From positions 1 through 64,000 of the forward strand of contig CAVTZU010000009.1 in assembly GCA_963739305.1 (NCBI GenBank): 64,000 nt of DNA, read 5' to 3'. Shown here piece after piece: positions 33,023-42,972 of this stretch; within the stretch, counting starts at the first letter, position 1; every line of letters begins with the position of its first letter. Under the pieces are notes generated by a model that was not told the DNA's origin, did not search any database, and was given only the letters and a program-made list of their open reading frames with translations. The position numbers were made by a program, and so were the translations under genes. This stretch comes from Candidatus Bathyarchaeota archaeon. GTDB lineage: Archaea; Thermoproteota; Bathyarchaeia; Bathyarchaeales; Bathycorpusculaceae.

Positions 33023-33673
33023 TTGACAACACTAAGAACCACTTTGAACGCAATAAGAAAAGAACTGCAAAGAAAATACGAGATACGCGAAAACGCTCAG
33101 AAAGACGCTAGGCAAGCCACAAGCCTCTCGAAACAAGCAATACTGCTCATCCACCAAAAACGATTAAAAGAGGCTGAAAACCTCGTCGCAAAAGCAGGCG
33201 AAATACTTGCAGGACTATGGAAAACTTCCGAAACTTTTCCCGAAATCATCTACACAGGCATGTTTAGTGCCGCACTCCAAGAATACTCTGAAGCAAACAT
33301 CTTTCTCAAACTGGTCCAAGAATCCCGCTTCTTGACCCCCGACGAAATCAAAGTGCCCTCAGCAGACTACGTACTCGGACTGGCAGACGTGATAGGAGAA
33401 TGTAGACGACTCGCCCTCGACGAACTCCGCGAGGGAAAGGTGGAAAAAGCCGAAAAGTCTTTGCAACTCATGGACGAAATCTACACTGAACTAATGGGAC
33501 TCGACGAATCATACATGCTCGTCCGCGACTTGAGAAGAAAGAACGATGTGGCAAGAAGAATCATCGAGGCAACTCGAGGTGACGTGACTCAAGAAATCAG
33601 AAGAAGCATGCTGGAGAAACAGTTGAGCCGACTCGAAAAACGAATCGCGCCCAAGAAAACAAAGAAAACCTGA
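33023..33673 (+). CDS. Translin family protein
   Basis: QEYSEA, DYVLGLADVIGECRR, LRRKNDVARRIIEATRGD. Confidence 0.88.
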   Translation: MTTLRTTLNAIRKELQRKYEIRENAQKDARQATSLSKQAILLIHQKRLKEAENLVAKAGEILAGLWKTSETFPEIIYTGMFSAALQEYSEANIFLKLVQESRFLTPDEIKVPSADYVLGLADVIGECRRLALDELREGKVEKAEKSLQLMDEIYTELMGLDESYMLVRDLRRKNDVARRIIEATRGDVTQEIRRSMLEKQLSRLEKRIAPKKTKKT

Positions 33674-33684
33674 GAAACCTCAGC

Positions 33685-34383
33685 GTGCATACTACGACTT
33701 TGAAAACAGAATTCTCCATCGAAAAAGCACGCAGAGCACAGATCGAACTCTCTAAGCGCATCATTCTAGAGGATAGACTTCCACTTGAAATCCGATATGT
33801 CGCAGGCGTCGATGTTGCTTACGTTAATGATATATCAGTTGCGACGGCAGTCTTACTAGACTATGAGACACTACAACCCAAAGAATCAAAAATAGACATC
33901 CGCAAGACTTCTTTCCCTTACATTCCCACGCTGCTTTCTTTCAGAGAAATTCCCGGAACAATGATGGCCATCAAAAAGTTTCACATCAAGCCAGATATCA
34001 TCCTAGCCGATGGACACGGCTACGCACACCCATACCGCTGCGGGTTCGCAAGCCACCTCGGACTCGCTCTGAAAGAACCTACGATAGGAGTAGCCAAAAC
34101 ACTGCTGTACGGCAGGCTTGAAAAACTAAACCGAACCGAAGATACCGTTTTCATACGGGACGGCTACCAAATCATCGGAGCCCAAGTCACGACGAAACCT
34201 GGGCAGAAACCTGTCTATGTCAGCGTCGGTCACATGATCTCGCTGGAAACAGCCATCCAAATCGTCAAACACTGCACCGTGCATTCGCGAATTCCGGAAC
34301 CAATCGCTCTGGCCCACCAAATTGCCACGGCTGAAAAGGGAAAAATCAATAACTCCACCCGAACACACACAACTGGCAAGTGA
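33685..34383 (+). CDS. nfi: Endonuclease V
   Basis: VAGVDVAY, FPYIPTLLSFRE, DGHGYAHP..G.ASH.G, PVYVSVGH, RIPEP. Confidence 0.93.
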   Translation: MHTTTLKTEFSIEKARRAQIELSKRIILEDRLPLEIRYVAGVDVAYVNDISVATAVLLDYETLQPKESKIDIRKTSFPYIPTLLSFREIPGTMMAIKKFHIKPDIILADGHGYAHPYRCGFASHLGLALKEPTIGVAKTLLYGRLEKLNRTEDTVFIRDGYQIIGAQVTTKPGQKPVYVSVGHMISLETAIQIVKHCTVHSRIPEPIALAHQIATAEKGKINNSTRTHTTGK

Positions 34384-34389
34384 GCTTGA

Positions 34390-35097
34390 TTGTTGAACAA
34401 GGAATTGAGACAGCTAGCCAACAAGATACATGACAAGAATCTTCGAAACAAAACCATCGACCTACTCGAAAACCCGACTTTCGAATTGGACGGCAGAACC
34501 TACGCAGGCCTTTCCCTCGAGATCGCGCCTGCAGGCAAGTCTCACCATCACAGCTACGCAGGGGGCTACATCGAACACGTTGTCTCAACAGCAAACATTG
34601 CACTTGCCATGTGCGACTCAGTGGAAAAATTCTATCACGGAGAAGTAAATCGGGACCACGTTGTAGCCGGCGTATTATTGCACGACATCTTCAAACCCGC
34701 AACGTATAGCAAACCTCAGAACGGCTACTATGGGTCGACACCGCTTGCAGACTATATGGATCACCTGTCAATCGCAACTGCAGAACTCGTTCGAAGGGGC
34801 TTCCCAATAGAGCTTGTGCACGTTGTCTCAGCTCACCACGGAGAGTTCGGACCAATCAGGCCCAAGACGGTTGAAGCTCTCATTTGTCATCTTGCCGACT
34901 TTGCAGATTCACGTCTGAACGGTGAAGTCATGAATGCTGCATCGTATCTTGTGCGAAGAGTTGCGGGCCAAGAATTGCGTGCGATGAATTCGAAGGAAGC
35001 GTTCGAACTGGTCCACTCGAAGGCCGTCGAAGGCTGGGAAGGCGTCGACAAGACTCTGAAAAAACTAAGCCGAAAGAGGAAACCGCAGAAACCTTAA
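34390..35097 (+). CDS. HD-domain phosphohydrolase
   Basis: HHHSYAGGYIEH, LLHDIFK, DH, AHHG, EALICHLAD. Confidence 0.88.
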   Translation: MLNKELRQLANKIHDKNLRNKTIDLLENPTFELDGRTYAGLSLEIAPAGKSHHHSYAGGYIEHVVSTANIALAMCDSVEKFYHGEVNRDHVVAGVLLHDIFKPATYSKPQNGYYGSTPLADYMDHLSIATAELVRRGFPIELVHVVSAHHGEFGPIRPKTVEALICHLADFADSRLNGEVMNAASYLVRRVAGQELRAMNSKEAFELVHSKAVEGWEGVDKTLKKLSRKRKPQKP

Positions 35098-35139
35098 TAG
35101 CCGATTGTAAGTGAAAAATGGAGAAGGTGAACTTTCAAA

Positions 35140-35466
35140 ATGGAGATCTCGTTTGACGAGTTTCAGAAGCTTGACCTTCGTATCGGGAAAATACTCGAAG
35201 CAAACCAAATTCCAGGCTCACGTAACCTCATCCGAATGATAGTTGATTTCGGAACAGAAAAAAGACAAGCCGTCGCTGGACTTCTTCAATGGTACAAGCC
35301 GGAACAACTCGTGAACAAGAAATGTGCTTTCATCCTTAACCTTCAAAGACGAAAGATGATGGGAGTAGAATCGCAGTGTATGGTCTTCGCGGCCGAAGAT
35401 GACAAAGGCAACGTTGTTGTTCTGCAACCCGAAAAGGATATTGTAGAAGGCAGCAAAATACACTAG
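35140..35466 (+). CDS. Stand-alone tRNA-binding OB-fold protein (Trbp111/CsaA, MetRS C-terminal-like)
   Basis: ISFDEFQKLDLRIGKI, NL..RKMMGVESQ. Confidence 0.9.
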   Translation: MEISFDEFQKLDLRIGKILEANQIPGSRNLIRMIVDFGTEKRQAVAGLLQWYKPEQLVNKKCAFILNLQRRKMMGVESQCMVFAAEDDKGNVVVLQPEKDIVEGSKIH

Positions 35467-35476
35467 ACGAAGATCC

Positions 35477-36745
35477 TTAACCCATTAGTTTGATTATTTC
35501 TTCCGCTTTTTCTTCGCTTCCCGCCACGTATTCGATCATTTCGGAATCCAGATCAAACCACTTGGAAATGCCAGCCGCCATCTCAACGTCGTTCTTGAAG
35601 ATGATCTTCATGTAAGGAAGGAATTCTTTCGAAGCCCTTTTCGCAGATATATGGCACCTCCGCTTGATCTTCTTCCCGATGCTCAGCTGACCTGCACGTT
35701 CGACCTTTGACCGTGACAGCATCATGATCCTCGTCGGAAACTTGAAAGGTATCCATCCACTGGCCTTCGTGTTCTCTCTCGCCATTGCGACGCCACCGGT
35801 CATGAAATCAACCACATACCGCAGTAGACTCCAATCCTGAGTCCGACGAATCCTGCCTCGGTAGAGGTCAGCCAAAGCTAAAGCGTCCATCGCCCGGGCC
35901 AAATCATGCGAATCAGTGAAATGCGCAGGAACGTTCTCGTAGATCCATTCGAACAACATGTCATTATCAACGTCAGACATGTTCATCGCCTGCTTCGCGC
36001 TGGAGACGGTTTTGCTGTAGAAGATCATCCGCAGCACGTTGAAGATGGTGTCCTGTCTGTCTCGATAACCAATCCAAGAAACGTCTTCGTATGCAAGCTT
36101 CTTTTTGCCTTGACCCAACGCTTGAAGATCGTTAATCGCCGACCGCACGTCACCCTCCGAGCGTTGAGCGAGAAACTTCAACGCGTCCTCATCTGCTTGT
36201 ATTCCTTCTTCCTCACATATGTGCTTCAGCCGCTTAGCTACTTCACTGGCGGCTGGTTTCTTGAACTCTATTAAAAGGCAGTAGTTTCGAAGGTACGCAA
36301 AGCGCGGATCATAGGCACTGTTAGCGATCAAAACCAGCGGACACTGCGCCTTCTTTGCGATGTCAGTAATAGCTTTGACGCCTCCTCGATCGGAGGTACC
36401 GGTTAAGCCGTCTAATTCGTCCAACAGAATGAGTCTCTTGCCACCGAACAACGATCCATACTGTGACGCTAGACCTGCAAACCGATTGATCGCATCTTCC
36501 GTCCGGTAGTCGCTTGCGTTCTTCTCCACAAACTCCATATTGAAATCATCTGCGGTGGCCTCAACAGTGACTGTTTTCCCGATACCTGGAGGTCCATAGA
36601 TGAATGCACACCTCTTCCTTGGGGTACCATTCTCCCAAGACTTGATCCAGTCAATGAACACTCTGATGGCTTCGGGGTTGCCGACGATCTCAGAAAGCGA
36701 CCGAGGTTTGTATTTAACTGTCCAAGCGCCGAACAAAGAGGGCAC
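35477..36745 (-). CDS. rfcL: Replication factor C large subunit
   Basis: WTVKYKP, GPPGIGKT, NASDYRT, DELDG, GDVRSAINDLQ. Confidence 0.93.
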   Translation of the reverse strand: MPSLFGAWTVKYKPRSLSEIVGNPEAIRVFIDWIKSWENGTPRKRCAFIYGPPGIGKTVTVEATADDFNMEFVEKNASDYRTEDAINRFAGLASQYGSLFGGKRLILLDELDGLTGTSDRGGVKAITDIAKKAQCPLVLIANSAYDPRFAYLRNYCLLIEFKKPAASEVAKRLKHICEEEGIQADEDALKFLAQRSEGDVRSAINDLQALGQGKKKLAYEDVSWIGYRDRQDTIFNVLRMIFYSKTVSSAKQAMNMSDVDNDMLFEWIYENVPAHFTDSHDLARAMDALALADLYRGRIRRTQDWSLLRYVVDFMTGGVAMARENTKASGWIPFKFPTRIMMLSRSKVERAGQLSIGKKIKRRCHISAKRASKEFLPYMKIIFKNDVEMAAGISKWFDLDSEMIEYVAGSEEKAEEIIKLMG

Positions 36746-37744
36746 CTATTGTTTTGAGTTCAGCATTTCCCCCGCTTCAACAAGCTTGGCTAACAACGCA
36801 CTCAGTTGGATTTCTTCATCTGCGCCTTCAATCAACCTGAAATCAACTTCACCAACGACATCTGCGAGCTTTATCTTCCACTTCTCAGGCACGTCCGCTC
36901 GAAAGATTTCCGTGTGAATCTGACGGATTAAGTCACTTCCAGCGACGCCGTACTTCTGAATCATTTCACGAAGTTGTTTTCTCGCTTCCATAAATTCGCC
37001 GCCGATTGCCACTTTGAGCATCTTTTGAACGTCTGCAGGATTAGCCTTGCCCGTGATCGAGTACACAACCTTGGCGTCAACAGGCTTGCCTATCGAAGCA
37101 GCCGACTGTAACGTGTTAATTGCTCTTCTCAAGTCGCCACCGCAAACCTCGAAAATCGCGTCCAAGCCGTCAACCGTGATTTTCACCTTCTCCTTAGAGG
37201 CAATTTCCTTCAACTGACAATCGTGCTCTTCTCTTGGCAAGTACGTAAATCGAAAAGGCGCACATCTCGATTGGATCGGCTCGATTATTTTGCCGCTGTA
37301 GTTGGCGCACATTATGAATCGACACGTTTCAGTGTACCGTTCCATCGTACGTCTCAAAGCTTGTTGCGCATCAGAGGTCATGTTGTCCGCCTCGTCAAGA
37401 ATCATTATCTTAAACGGAATCTCCCCGATGGACTTCACTCTTGCAAACGTTTTCACGGTTTCTCTTACCACGTCGATTCCACGTTCGTCGCTCGCGTTCA
37501 ACTCCATAATGTGCTCGCGATAGGCGTCTCCGTAAAAATCCCTCGCAAGGCAGAGCGCGGCTGTTGTTTTGCCCGTGCCTGGTGGACCTGCAAAGATGCA
37601 GTGAGGTACGTTTCTCGATTTTACGAAGCTCTTTAACCGTTCAACGATATCTTTCTGATCTACGATGTTGTCCAATTTCTTGGGACGGTACTTTTCTGCC
37701 CACATCTCAAAACTCAAAGTGTAGACCTCGGTTAATGATTTCAT
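36746..37744 (-). CDS. rfcS: Replication factor C small subunit
   Basis: WAEKYRP, GPPGTGKTT, ELNASDERG, DEAD, QSRC. Confidence 0.95.
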   Translation of the reverse strand: MKSLTEVYTLSFEMWAEKYRPKKLDNIVDQKDIVERLKSFVKSRNVPHCIFAGPPGTGKTTAALCLARDFYGDAYREHIMELNASDERGIDVVRETVKTFARVKSIGEIPFKIMILDEADNMTSDAQQALRRTMERYTETCRFIMCANYSGKIIEPIQSRCAPFRFTYLPREEHDCQLKEIASKEKVKITVDGLDAIFEVCGGDLRRAINTLQSAASIGKPVDAKVVYSITGKANPADVQKMLKVAIGGEFMEARKQLREMIQKYGVAGSDLIRQIHTEIFRADVPEKWKIKLADVVGEVDFRLIEGADEEIQLSALLAKLVEAGEMLNSKQ

Positions 37745-37824
37745 ATCGCAGAACTGTTAATAAACGCTTACAGTTTGCAGCGAACGGCGCGTTGTTAGCT
37801 GTCAACTAACGAGAGTACCCTATT

Positions 37825-38429
37825 TCACATCAGAGTGCCTTTGTAGTAGATTGAAGCGGGACAGCCCAGGCACCTATCGTCCGTGTAAAACGCGCAAACA
37901 CTGCAATCTGCGCCGCAAGGCGAGATCTTCTTTTTTTCCGCCTGTGGCTTAACCGGCACTATCATAGGTCGAGTCGGCGAAACTATCAAATCAAACTCCA
38001 TGTCCTTTGATCGGAAGGTTCTGCCTAAAACGAGAATCAACACAAGACATTATGGACCTTACGTTCTCCCCTAGCCATAAGGCATGTCATGTTGTGTTTT
38101 CCCGACGTCAAAAAACAGTTCAAATACAAAGGACAGTTTTCCAGAGTCTTCAGTAATTGCTCAACTTTATCCGTAGTGATATCCACTTTCGCCATGAAAA
38201 GCTGGGCTTTTTTTATGTCGGTTCCGACTAGATACGACAGTACCCCCTTATCCTCGAGCTTGTGTATCCTCGCACTCACAGCAGGCTGCGAAATCTTCAA
38301 ACGCCCCGAAATCTCAGCTTGTGACATTTGGGGCTGCTCCGCTAACATGCGCAATATTTTCTTGTCCGTTTCGTCAATATCTCTTGCCAAGGATTCTCCC
38401 TCATTGGAACTGACGCGCAGATTTATCAA
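37825..38429 (-). CDS. AsnC/Lrp-type HTH regulator with C-terminal Cys cluster; two indels near 38070 and 38008
   Basis: IDETDKKIL..ISQPAVSARIHKLE..G; C-terminal PCGADCSVC..RCLGCPAS. Confidence 0.78.
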
Positions 38430-38566
38430 TGCCTTTGATAGATATATCAGTTATTGTTATTAAGCATTTGTTCCATTTAGATTATTGTTCATAACAACAA
38501 GGTTTATTGATTTGAAGTTACTTTAGAATGCATATCCAAATAAGCATTCTTTAGAGGTAAGATCAA

Positions 38567-38938
38567 ATGGTAGAACAAGAGACATGGGAAAGCAAGTGTT
38601 GCCGTTGCGAAGGCGACGTCAAAGCGAACCTCTATCCTGGAAAAAGAGCTTGTCACGTTACATGTGGTTCATGTTTGTACCCAGAAGACTGGACGAAATG
38701 CGCCTCATGCGAAATAGTTGGACACTGCCAATACGCCTTGGAGTACCTCCGAAGCCTCAAACTCGAAGGCTTGAAAAGGGGATGCTACTTCCAACAGCAA
38801 CTGAAGGGTGACGAGAATCTGTATCAAACACTGAATTTCGTCAACGGGCAACAACAGTTTCTGCATGGCCGTGATGAAAAAGTCTATCTCGAAAACCTGA
38901 AAAAAGCAAACTCTAGCAGCCCTTGTCTTTACAAATAA
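38567..38938 (+). CDS. Cys-rich hypothetical protein
   Basis: KCCRC, CHVTCGSC, CASC..HC; GAGGT SD upstream. Confidence 0.7.
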   Translation: MVEQETWESKCCRCEGDVKANLYPGKRACHVTCGSCLYPEDWTKCASCEIVGHCQYALEYLRSLKLEGLKRGCYFQQQLKGDENLYQTLNFVNGQQQFLHGRDEKVYLENLKKANSSSPCLYK

Positions 38939-39029
38939 TTCAGAGTGGAGCAACGCATTTTCTTCGTCTTCGACTAGCCATTCGATGCGTCAACAGTTCC
39001 TTTAGTGAGTGTAAACATCACAGTCAAAC

Positions 39030-40973
39030 TTATTCTTCCAGAAAGCTGGTCAAGAAGACAGCGTACTCGCAGGGATGCTCATTTTTGGGCAGAGATTTGA
39101 TGATCTTGATTTTTCCTTTCTGACCATGAGAAACCCTCGAAAGCACATGATCTATCACTCTTTTTCGGAGGTTACAGAGCCAGGTTTTCTGGCCTGACTT
39201 GACCAAGGTGTAGTAAGGACATGTCTTGTATTTCAGCGTGAAACCTCCTTCGAAGTACTCAATCTCGACCTCAACGTCCAGTTCACGATACATGTCTGTA
39301 ATTCTCTCGCCGACTTCTCTGATTGTCCACGGATAGTCTTCCGGGAACATTTCATCCAGTGGTTCCCTGACTTTTTCAAAAGCTTCATCGCACGAGTTCG
39401 CTGACATCTCATTGATCAGGGCTTCCATTAACTTCTTGCGCGGAACAGGTTCCAGAACAGGCTTTTCGAGTGGCTTCAGCTTGAAACTGAGTAGATTCTG
39501 GAATGCAGTTGCCTGTATCTCGTAACCGAGTTCTCTGAACAAGGATTCGATTAACGAACGCTGACTACTCATCAGAATCGGGTCAATTTTCTTGAAGATC
39601 ACGGTGAAGTGTTCATCATCCACGAATCGCACTTCGGCGTCTGCTTGAATGGATTCCACATTTTTGAGGATGAAATTCTGAGCAAATCTCCTGCTCTTGT
39701 CTGGATCATTTCTCGACAACATTCGGATCGCATTTGAGACACGGACACCCATTGTATGATATGTCTCGTTGAACTTCTCCTTGTTAGAATCATAGACTCT
39801 TGACTCAAATGAGGTGAAAACCTCGCGGGGAACTGGGATGACGTCCAAGAACTGCTTGCCTATCGTCTGATAAAGACTGACCTCCACTATTTGATCCAGA
39901 AGACTTTGATCTTCAGGTCCTACATACTGGATAGTAGCATTCGCAGTCGTCTGCTCAACAGAAAACCTCAGCAGTTTCCAACCCCGCGTCGCCAAAACAA
40001 CAGATAGCATCACTATAGAAAGCTTCGACACGGCAGCCGTCGTCGACTGAAACGAAATATCCAGAGTCTTGTCGTCAACGTCTCTTAGTATCTTGGCTTG
40101 TTTGAACCAATTCATCTTTATGAAAGCAGAAAGCAGACTATTCACGAATTCCCTGGGCTCCGACGGGAGCTCGCCGCCGCCAAGAGCGATCCTAAGGTCT
40201 TCAAGAAACGATCCAAAATCGGTTATGGGCTCTTCAAGATGCTTCTCTGCCCAGCTCATGAAGGCTGGTCCAACCAGCATCAGAGTGTTCCTGAATAAGC
40301 CCGGAACAGAGCTTGAAAGCCGCTTTTCGATTTGTTCAGTCAGGAGTTCTCCTAGTTCTTTTCGTTTCAGAGGGTACATTTCTTGCCGCATCAACTTCAC
40401 TGCAATATCTTCTCCCATAAGCCTCATTTCGAAAGAGACTTGAAGCCCCTCGAGGATGGTCGCTGCCTGGAATGCAACAATTTCCGGCAGACGTGTGAAT
40501 GAATTAGGCCTAAGAATCACCGTGCTGTCAATCTCACTGTACGAGGCAATTTCAAAGATGCGAGTCAGGTCTCTTATTTCTCCTAGGATCAACATGAATT
40601 CCTTGAAATTCGAAGGCTTTTTCCACGTCACAGAACCTTTCAGTATTTCGATTGTGTTCTTGGCTTCTTCCTTCTGCTCCTTCAGAAAATCATTGATTGT
40701 CTTGTCTCCTACGGCCACTTCTAACAAGCCGTCTGCGGTTTTCTTTCCGACGGATACAAGGTCCAAAGCCTCTCTGAGGTTAACCTGTTCCTTCATTTTC
40801 GCCCTTACAGCACAATCCTCACATGACCCAACTTTTTCAACTCTCAACATCGTTTGAAGCGCTTGTTCAATCACGCGGTTCTTCGTGCCGTAAGTTTTCG
40901 CCAGCTCCGTGAGCATTTCGTTCGTTTTCTTCGACACGGTAGTATGAATGTGTATGGACAAAGTCTCAACCAT
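39030..40973 (-). CDS. Putative regulator: N-terminal ribbon-helix-helix, CxxC, tandem V4R/MetOD1-like sensor domains
   Basis: SIHIHTTVSKKTNEML.ELAKTYGTKNRVIEQAL; CEDC; C-terminal LKYKTCPY..WLC..PCEYAVF. Confidence 0.65.
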   Translation of the reverse strand: MVETLSIHIHTTVSKKTNEMLTELAKTYGTKNRVIEQALQTMLRVEKVGSCEDCAVRAKMKEQVNLREALDLVSVGKKTADGLLEVAVGDKTINDFLKEQKEEAKNTIEILKGSVTWKKPSNFKEFMLILGEIRDLTRIFEIASYSEIDSTVILRPNSFTRLPEIVAFQAATILEGLQVSFEMRLMGEDIAVKLMRQEMYPLKRKELGELLTEQIEKRLSSSVPGLFRNTLMLVGPAFMSWAEKHLEEPITDFGSFLEDLRIALGGGELPSEPREFVNSLLSAFIKMNWFKQAKILRDVDDKTLDISFQSTTAAVSKLSIVMLSVVLATRGWKLLRFSVEQTTANATIQYVGPEDQSLLDQIVEVSLYQTIGKQFLDVIPVPREVFTSFESRVYDSNKEKFNETYHTMGVRVSNAIRMLSRNDPDKSRRFAQNFILKNVESIQADAEVRFVDDEHFTVIFKKIDPILMSSQRSLIESLFRELGYEIQATAFQNLLSFKLKPLEKPVLEPVPRKKLMEALINEMSANSCDEAFEKVREPLDEMFPEDYPWTIREVGERITDMYRELDVEVEIEYFEGGFTLKYKTCPYYTLVKSGQKTWLCNLRKRVIDHVLSRVSHGQKGKIKIIKSLPKNEHPCEYAVFLTSFLEE

Positions 40974-41056
40974 ATGTTGGTTTGGGCTGGTTTCTATTAA
41001 GTGTGTTCACAGAAAACGACTGATGTACATGGACTACAAAGAAAAAGGAAGGGAAG

Positions 41057-42829
41057 TTAGGATTTTTCGCTTGGAACCTGGACGAAAGAATTGTTCTTCC
41101 GTGTGAACATCGCGTCAGAGACGCGTTTTATCGCGTTCATGTAGGCTGCGATTCGCATGTTCACTTTGTACGTCAACGAGACACTAAGAACGGACTTGAA
41201 GGCTGTGACGATGGCGGTCTGCAGTTTTGCCCTGACTTCGTCCTCTGGCCAGTAGTAGTTCATTTGGTTCTGTACTTGCTCGAAGTAGCTGACGATGACG
41301 CCTCCCGAGTTGGCTAATATGTCTGGAATCACGAAGACTCCGTTCTTGTAAAGGATTTCATCAGCCTCGGGTGTCGTCGGTCCATTAGCACCCTCCGCCA
41401 TAATCTTAGCTTTGATTCTTCCTGCGTTTCTCACAGTTATTTGGTTCTCCAAAGCCGACGGAACAAGAATGTCACACTCCAATTCCAGGAGCTGTTCATT
41501 CGTGATGTTCGTACTGCCTTTGTAGCCAACGACAGATCCAGTCTCGTTCTTGTGATCCATCACTCTTATTGGGTCAACGCCTTTTGCATTGTGTATTGCA
41601 CCTTTGGAATCCGAGACAGCGATTATTTTGCATCCGAGGTCGTTGAGCAGCCGAGCAGAATGGAACCCAACGTTTCCGTATCCTTGGACGGCAACGGTAG
41701 CTCCCTTTAATTCGAGGCCCACGTGCTTCGCGGCTTCTATCACCGTGTACATAACGCCGCGCGAGGTAGCCTCATTTCTGCCTAAAGAACCGCCAACGCT
41801 GATTGGTTTTCCCGTAACGACACCGAAGGCGTTGTATCCAACGATTTCACTATACTCGTCCATTATCCATGCCATGGTCTGTGAATCGGTATATACATCC
41901 GGGGCTGGAACGTCGTATCGTGGTCCAATGTTTCTTGCCATCGCTCGCGCGTAACCTCTTGTCAGTTTTTCAAGTTCTCCTTGGGACATTTCTTTGGGGT
42001 TGCATCTTATTCCGCCCTTGCCTCCGCCGAGAGGTAGTCCCGTGACAGCGGTCTTGAAGGTCATCCATGCTGACAACGCGACAACCTCGTCTAGCGTCAA
42101 GTCTGGATGATAACGAATGCCTCCTTTTGTTGGACCAAGCACGTCATTGTACTGAACTCGATATCCAGTGAAAACCTGTAGGCTTCCGTTATCCATGATA
42201 ACTGGAATGTTCACTATTATTGTTCTCATTGGTCGCTTGAGCATTTCGTGCAGTCCTGGATCAAGATTTAGTTTTTGGGAAGCTATGTCCAATAATCTCA
42301 GGACTGCTTCGTAAGGGTTTGGCGTGGCAACTATTGGGGCCAATGTTTCAAGCTTGATCGATACAGCAGTCTGCAGTTTCTCCGTTAGGTTCTGGAATTT
42401 CTCCCGCGCAACCTCACCGTTCCCATTCGTGCTTCCGAAGAACCAAACATAGGCTTCGATTATTGATTCAGCTCTGTTGGAAGTAGCCGAACCAGCAGGG
42501 GACATTTTTGGGTTGGCAGAGAAATAGTCAATGATGGTACGCAGCATGTTAATTTCTTCTTTTGACATCTGAAGCCACTTGTTTATCGGTCGTGGTGCCT
42601 CAATCTGAATGTACTCTGTTTCGTTGACTTTCCTTTGAAGTTCTTCAAGTGTTTTCCATGAGTCTGCTTCCGGAATTCCAAAATTCTCCGAATAAGTCGT
42701 GACAAGTGCGTAATGGGCAGTCGTGTAGCTTTCTATCTTCGCAACCATTTCTGGTTTTTCAACGAAGAAGTCAGTCATCAGTTTAATCATTCCAAGCTCT
42801 CGTCCTGAAAGTTCAATAGGGCTTAACAT
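41057..42829 (-). CDS. Glu/Leu/Phe/Val dehydrogenase with ~170-aa N-terminal extension
   Basis: GPTKGGIRYHP, MTFK, GGGKGG, DVPAPD, QGYGNVG, EGANGP; ATG at 42829 with AGGTGA SD. Confidence 0.9.
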   Translation of the reverse strand: MLSPIELSGRELGMIKLMTDFFVEKPEMVAKIESYTTAHYALVTTYSENFGIPEADSWKTLEELQRKVNETEYIQIEAPRPINKWLQMSKEEINMLRTIIDYFSANPKMSPAGSATSNRAESIIEAYVWFFGSTNGNGEVAREKFQNLTEKLQTAVSIKLETLAPIVATPNPYEAVLRLLDIASQKLNLDPGLHEMLKRPMRTIIVNIPVIMDNGSLQVFTGYRVQYNDVLGPTKGGIRYHPDLTLDEVVALSAWMTFKTAVTGLPLGGGKGGIRCNPKEMSQGELEKLTRGYARAMARNIGPRYDVPAPDVYTDSQTMAWIMDEYSEIVGYNAFGVVTGKPISVGGSLGRNEATSRGVMYTVIEAAKHVGLELKGATVAVQGYGNVGFHSARLLNDLGCKIIAVSDSKGAIHNAKGVDPIRVMDHKNETGSVVGYKGSTNITNEQLLELECDILVPSALENQITVRNAGRIKAKIMAEGANGPTTPEADEILYKNGVFVIPDILANSGGVIVSYFEQVQNQMNYYWPEDEVRAKLQTAIVTAFKSVLSVSLTYKVNMRIAAYMNAIKRVSDAMFTRKNNSFVQVPSEKS

Positions 42830-42866
42830 TTTTCTCACCTTGTTTTCGCGAGAAGATAACAATGCA

Positions 42867-42924
42867 ATGTTCATGTATAGAAATGTTATGTACATCGTGT
42901 ACATGGCTGAACAACCATGTTCCA
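42867..42924. promoter_or_regulatory. Cluster of RTGTWCAY-like boxes in the divergent gdh / KaiC-like promoter region
   Basis: ATGTTCAT 42867, ATGTACAT 42888, GTGTACAT 42897, ATGTTCCA 42917. Confidence 0.5.
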
Positions 42925-42972
42925 CCTAAACCTTTTTAACGCTGCCAACCAAACAAAAAACGGAGACGTGGA

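Noticed and set aside
33023-35466. Translin-EndoV-HD-tRNA-binding cluster as a novel RNA defence system
   Set aside because: All are widespread housekeeping families in a core region next to RFC, with no mobility or defence signature
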